Origin: a virus
Lineage: Duplodnaviria > Caudoviricetes
Strand: one strand, 5' to 3'
Virus record (IMG/VR): IMGVR_UViG_3300050335_000039
Coordinates: 1 to 64,000 of that record
DNA: 64,000 nucleotides
The notes under the pieces are model-generated. The model searched no databases, had not been told where the DNA came from, and was given only the letters and a program-made list of their open reading frames with translations. Below, one piece after another: positions 60,234 to 64,000 of the stretch. Position 1 is the first letter of the stretch; every line of letters starts with the position of its first letter. Made by a program: the position numbers and the translations under genes.

Positions 60234-60715
60234 TGAACATCTGGCCTTTCTTACTTTTTATACCTATTATAATAAATAATTTATATTCTTGTCCTATAAA
60301 TAACAATAGTTGGTTATGTAATTCTTTATGGTCTGATAATCCAGCTATTGTAAGAGAACAATTAAATCCATATTGGGTTAGTAGTGAAAATCATACTGTT
60401 ACTTTATATAATCTTACTAGTAACTCAATATGGTTACTTTCTCATAATACTCTGTGGCCTGGAATAGTATGGAAGAATTTAAAAATAGGCGACGAATTAA
60501 AATATAGTTCTAATGAAATAGTTAGAGTATTTTATGTAAAAGAGATATATAATTTTACATTAGAAAATCCAAACGACCCTTTTTCTAATTGGGTAGATGA
60601 AAATGGAACTACCTATAATACTTTTGAGATTATAAAAAGATTTGATAAACAAAATAATTTAATCTTACAAACTTGTACTAGCAAAGGAAGATTAATTTTA
60701 ATATCAAAGGAGTAA
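60233..60715 (+). CDS. Sortase-like protein
   Basis: N-terminal hydrophobic anchor; His71 (LLSHN), LKIGDEL, LILQTC (Cys148), Arg153. Confidence 0.62.
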   Translation: MNIWPFLLFIPIIINNLYSCPINNNSWLCNSLWSDNPAIVREQLNPYWVSSENHTVTLYNLTSNSIWLLSHNTLWPGIVWKNLKIGDELKYSSNEIVRVFYVKEIYNFTLENPNDPFSNWVDENGTTYNTFEIIKRFDKQNNLILQTCTSKGRLILISKE

Positions 60716-60716
60716 A

Positions 60717-60980
60717 ATGTTAGTATATTATGATGCTGTTACAGGATATACAGCATACGCTGTATATGATTATCAAAAATTTAATGATATTCAAATGAAC
60801 ACGATGAAAAATCCTGCTTATATCTTAGTAGATGAGATTGAAGAAAATAGAGGATTATGTAGAGAATTATATGAAACGGCTGGAAAAACGGATAAAAATG
60901 GTAACCATAAATATACAGTAATTAGCGGAGAAATTTATAAAAACAATGAGTATGACGAAACTTATTATAGCATCGAATAA
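60717..60980 (+). CDS. Hypothetical protein
   Basis: aaggag RBS. Confidence 0.6.
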   Translation: MLVYYDAVTGYTAYAVYDYQKFNDIQMNTMKNPAYILVDEIEENRGLCRELYETAGKTDKNGNHKYTVISGEIYKNNEYDETYYSIE

Positions 60981-61161
60981 ATATAAGAATGGAATTCTTT
61001 CTTCTTTCAATGAAAAGAAATATAAATCCTGGAAAAAATTATCAATTGACGAAAAATTGGATTTAATTGCCTATATATTAAATATAGTAGATTCTAATGG
61101 AAATGTAATAATTAACACTAAAACCGATAAAGTAGTATAATTAAAATAAAAAGGAGTTATT

Positions 61162-61524
61162 ATGCCAACTAATTATTCAGCAACAAGGGGAACTTTTGTA
61201 ATACCAATTGATCCTTTAATTATGAATGGTAGCATTCCTGTTATGTATGGTTATGGTAATGATTTATTACCACAAAGAAATGCAAAGGGTGTTATTATTA
61301 TGAAAGCCGCTAGAACAGGTGTTTTTGAGAAACTACGTACCTGCAAAAAAGTAGCTTATGTGCAGGGAGGATTAACTAGTGGGGTTGGTAAATTTTACAA
61401 ACTACATAGCCAATATACATTGGATAAAGGGAAAAAATTCAATCCAACAGTAGAAGGATTATATTTAATCCTAAGGTGGGAAGAAACTGGCACATTAGAA
61501 ATATTTAGATTTACACAAATATAA
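61162..61524 (+). CDS. Hypothetical protein
   Basis: aaggag RBS. Confidence 0.65.
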   Translation: MPTNYSATRGTFVIPIDPLIMNGSIPVMYGYGNDLLPQRNAKGVIIMKAARTGVFEKLRTCKKVAYVQGGLTSGVGKFYKLHSQYTLDKGKKFNPTVEGLYLILRWEETGTLEIFRFTQI

Positions 61525-61535
61525 AGGAGATTTAT

Positions 61536-62423
61536 ATGGAAAAAGCAATAGGGGTAGATGTAAGTTATTATCAGCAAATAATAGATTGGAATCAGGTAGA
61601 AGTAGATTTTGCTATAATTAGATGTTTATACGGTAACTATGAAATTGATCCAAAATTTATTGAACATTTTGACGGAGCTAACAATAAAGTTCCTGTAGTT
61701 GGTGTATATGTTTGGTGGGATGCTACATTAAATCCACAAAAACAAGCAGCAAAAACTTTAGAGATATTAGCAGATAGAAAACCTGATTTTATAGCTATAG
61801 ATGCAGAACAGTGGTGGTCTGATTGGAATAAATGGAGAGAATGGAGAAGGGGCGATATTACTAGGGATGAAGTTCCTAGATTTAGTGACGGGCAGTTATC
61901 TTCCAGTTTAAAGATGCTATTTACAAAATTAGCAGAAAGCGGAATTCCAATAATAATTTATACATCCAAAGGATTTATAGATAGTTATATGCCATCTATA
62001 ACTACATGGCTAAAAGACAAAATTTTATGGCTAGCCCAGTATCTTACGGTAGTACAGAAATTCGATGTAAAAAAAGCGGCAACATGGAAAGACTTTAAAA
62101 CAAATGTACTTCCTCTATTAAGTGAAAATCCAGCTGTTCCTAATGGAATGGATAAAACTTATTGGCATATTTGGCAAATAACCGGAGACCATTTTACTTT
62201 ACCAGGTATGTGGTCAACCGTATATAAAAATAGACTTTCTGGTACAGATGTTAATATATTCAATGGTACTCTAGACGATATGAAAAAATTATTCAAAGTA
62301 AATAATGTAATTACTACTCCCCCAACAGAAGAAGTAAATGTAGTTACATTAGATGAGTGGGCAAAAGAAGTTGATTCTTTTTTAAGAGATAGATTAAATT
62401 ATGCGGGGTCAAAGTTAAAATAA
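61536..62423 (+). CDS. GH25 muramidase endolysin
   Basis: GVDVSYYQ, FAIIR, DPKF, IDAE, IIYT, LWLAQY, WQ, DVN.F.G. Confidence 0.92.
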   Translation: MEKAIGVDVSYYQQIIDWNQVEVDFAIIRCLYGNYEIDPKFIEHFDGANNKVPVVGVYVWWDATLNPQKQAAKTLEILADRKPDFIAIDAEQWWSDWNKWREWRRGDITRDEVPRFSDGQLSSSLKMLFTKLAESGIPIIIYTSKGFIDSYMPSITTWLKDKILWLAQYLTVVQKFDVKKAATWKDFKTNVLPLLSENPAVPNGMDKTYWHIWQITGDHFTLPGMWSTVYKNRLSGTDVNIFNGTLDDMKKLFKVNNVITTPPTEEVNVVTLDEWAKEVDSFLRDRLNYAGSKLK

Positions 62424-62424
62424 A

Positions 62425-63033
62425 ATGTTATTAGAGTTAGTAATAGTTCTATCTATAGCAGTATTTTTATATAAACTAGTATTAAATAAAGATTTAAGTT
62501 TAATGGGTTCTATATTATTAAGAATATATTTACTAGCTATAGTTATCGGTATATTAAATGACACAATAGAATTTGGTTTATTATTAATGTTAACAGCAGA
62601 CCTTATATCTAGTTTTGTCTATTTTTTTACTATAGGTTTTCGTGAAAAAACAAAACAAAGGGAGTTATTAGATGCAATTGATTCCTTAAATAGAAAGTAC
62701 CATGTAATAACAAATTCCTCTTTTATGGCAGTATATGTTTTAGATAGGAAAGGGAATTTTATCTCCGTTAATAAAAGAGCTGAAGAAATTACAGGCTACA
62801 CAAAAGAAGAATTAGAAAAAATGAAATGTTATGATATAATAGTTAAATCACAGCAAGATAAAATAAAAGATAGTATATCTTATAGAATAAAAAATGGTAT
62901 AGTTGATTCCATTACTACTGTAGTAGATTTAGTAAGGAAGGATGGTAATATAGTTACCGTTGAATGCGTAAGTGCAGTCACAAAGAACGGGCAAATAACC
63001 ATAACAGGTATAGCTAGACCATTAAAGGAGTAA
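62425..63033 (+). CDS. Membrane-anchored stand-alone PAS-domain protein
   Basis: About 3 N-terminal TM helices, then VYVLDRKGNFISVNKRAEEITGYTKEEL...RKDGNIVTVE. Confidence 0.85.
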   Translation: MLLELVIVLSIAVFLYKLVLNKDLSLMGSILLRIYLLAIVIGILNDTIEFGLLLMLTADLISSFVYFFTIGFREKTKQRELLDAIDSLNRKYHVITNSSFMAVYVLDRKGNFISVNKRAEEITGYTKEELEKMKCYDIIVKSQQDKIKDSISYRIKNGIVDSITTVVDLVRKDGNIVTVECVSAVTKNGQITITGIARPLKE

Positions 63034-63034
63034 T

Positions 63035-63391
63035 ATGTCTTTTAGCGAAATATTAGGTTATGCCACAGCTATAGTTACTATTATATTAACAATATTTCAA
63101 TTTAGAAAAATTAAAGGTGAGGCCAAACTATCTGAATCTAGCGCAATTGAAAGTATATCTAGAGCCGCTGAGAATTTAGTAGAACAATATAGAAAGGAAT
63201 CCGATTCATTAAGATTACGCAACAAGGAGCTAGAAGAAATAGTGGAGCTACTTCAAAATAAATTAAAAGAATTGACAGAAGAAATAGAAAAATTAAAAAA
63301 AGATTCTGAAATAAAAAGAGAAAGAATAGAAAAATTAGATAAACAAGTAAAGGAGTTAAATAACTCATTAGAGTCTTGTTTAAAAAGTTAG
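63035..63391 (+). CDS. TM plus coiled-coil protein (holin- or spanin-like)
   Basis: N-terminal TM helix, then a long heptad coiled coil; in the lysis cassette. Confidence 0.55.
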   Translation: MSFSEILGYATAIVTIILTIFQFRKIKGEAKLSESSAIESISRAAENLVEQYRKESDSLRLRNKELEEIVELLQNKLKELTEEIEKLKKDSEIKRERIEKLDKQVKELNNSLESCLKS

Positions 63392-63403
63392 GAGGAAAAT
63401 AAA

Positions 63404-63631
63404 ATGCCTTACGGTATTCCAAAAGATATTGGAGGAGATTCTCCAGAAAACATAGAGTGGATGGAAAATTGTGTAGAAAAAGTTGAACCAAAAATGAAGG
63501 GAAGAAAAGACCCAAAAGGTTCAGCCATAGCTATTTGTAAAACAGCATTAATGAAATCTAAAGGAAAAAACAAAGAAGCATCTACATTAATAAATTTAGT
63601 ATTCGATTTACCATTTGACGATAAAGAATAA
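63404..63631 (+). CDS. Hypothetical protein
   Basis: aggagg RBS; WMENCV...AIAICK. Confidence 0.65.
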   Translation: MPYGIPKDIGGDSPENIEWMENCVEKVEPKMKGRKDPKGSAIAICKTALMKSKGKNKEASTLINLVFDLPFDDKE

Positions 63632-64000
63632 ATACTAGTGGAGGTTAATATGTGGTGCTTAGATGATAACACAGGTTTATTAATAGATGTGTTAGATTTA
63701 GAAGAGGGAGGAGCATCAATCAGAGTTACAATTACACTAGATAGATATTATACACAAATTGGTAAAATGGCAAACACGAGTGTAATAATGTCATAATCAA
63801 AGCGTTGTAATGTTATACTCTACTGGAGGTAAACAACTACACATTATAAGTGAAATTTCCGCAGAAGGTACTTGCTATACAGTAACAAAAGAAGGGGTAA
63901 TAACGGAACAGAAATAAATATAAAATGTCTAAATAGAGAATATACATACCAAGGAGAAAGTAAAGTATATCACACAAATGAGAACAGCTTTATTACCAGG

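Noticed and set aside
9611-63672. Many short antisense or nested ORFs in the track (e.g. 9611-9853, 20951-21343, 23163-23648, 44652-45059, 56263-56670, 63159-63515)
   Set aside because: Fully overlap well-supported genes on the opposite strand, lack RBS, and read as shadows of the coding strand
1-64000. Stop-codon reassignment as in some large phages
   Set aside because: Core genes are full length in the standard code and TAG/TGA end genes at expected positions

Overview
A 64-kb segment of a large, very AT-rich tailed dsDNA phage, read with the standard genetic code. It has three blocks. (1) 1-4989 (+): small accessory genes, including two tandem paralog triplets, a class I glutamine amidotransferase and two GNAT-like proteins, ending at a bidirectional terminator. 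(2) 5097-29430 (-): a replication and nucleotide-metabolism arm with class II RNR (intein in the active site), dUTPase, ThyX, RNase H, GT2, primase, two DNA MTases, RtcB, DnaB, RecA, SSB, PolA, two canonical tRNAs and several tRNA-like RNAs with missing or aberrant anticodon arms. (3) 30020-64000 (+): the virion and lysis arm with terminase, portal, protease/scaffold, capsid, tail genes with a -1 frameshift, tape measure, tail fibre and GH25 endolysin. The divergent 29.4-30.0 kb control region holds a symmetric bidirectional promoter and a candidate structured RNA of about 420 nt. Main leads: a glycosylation cassette (ATP-grasp, HAD, DUF4254-like, GT9-like, MTase, intein-bearing GT2) directly upstream of TerL plus a GT4 inside the neck genes, suggesting virion glycosylation; an anticodon-less mini-tRNA and other tRNA mimics alongside RtcB; a sortase-like gene after the tail fibre; and a membrane-anchored PAS protein in the lysis cassette. 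All family calls come from motif recognition by eye; no database searches were run.
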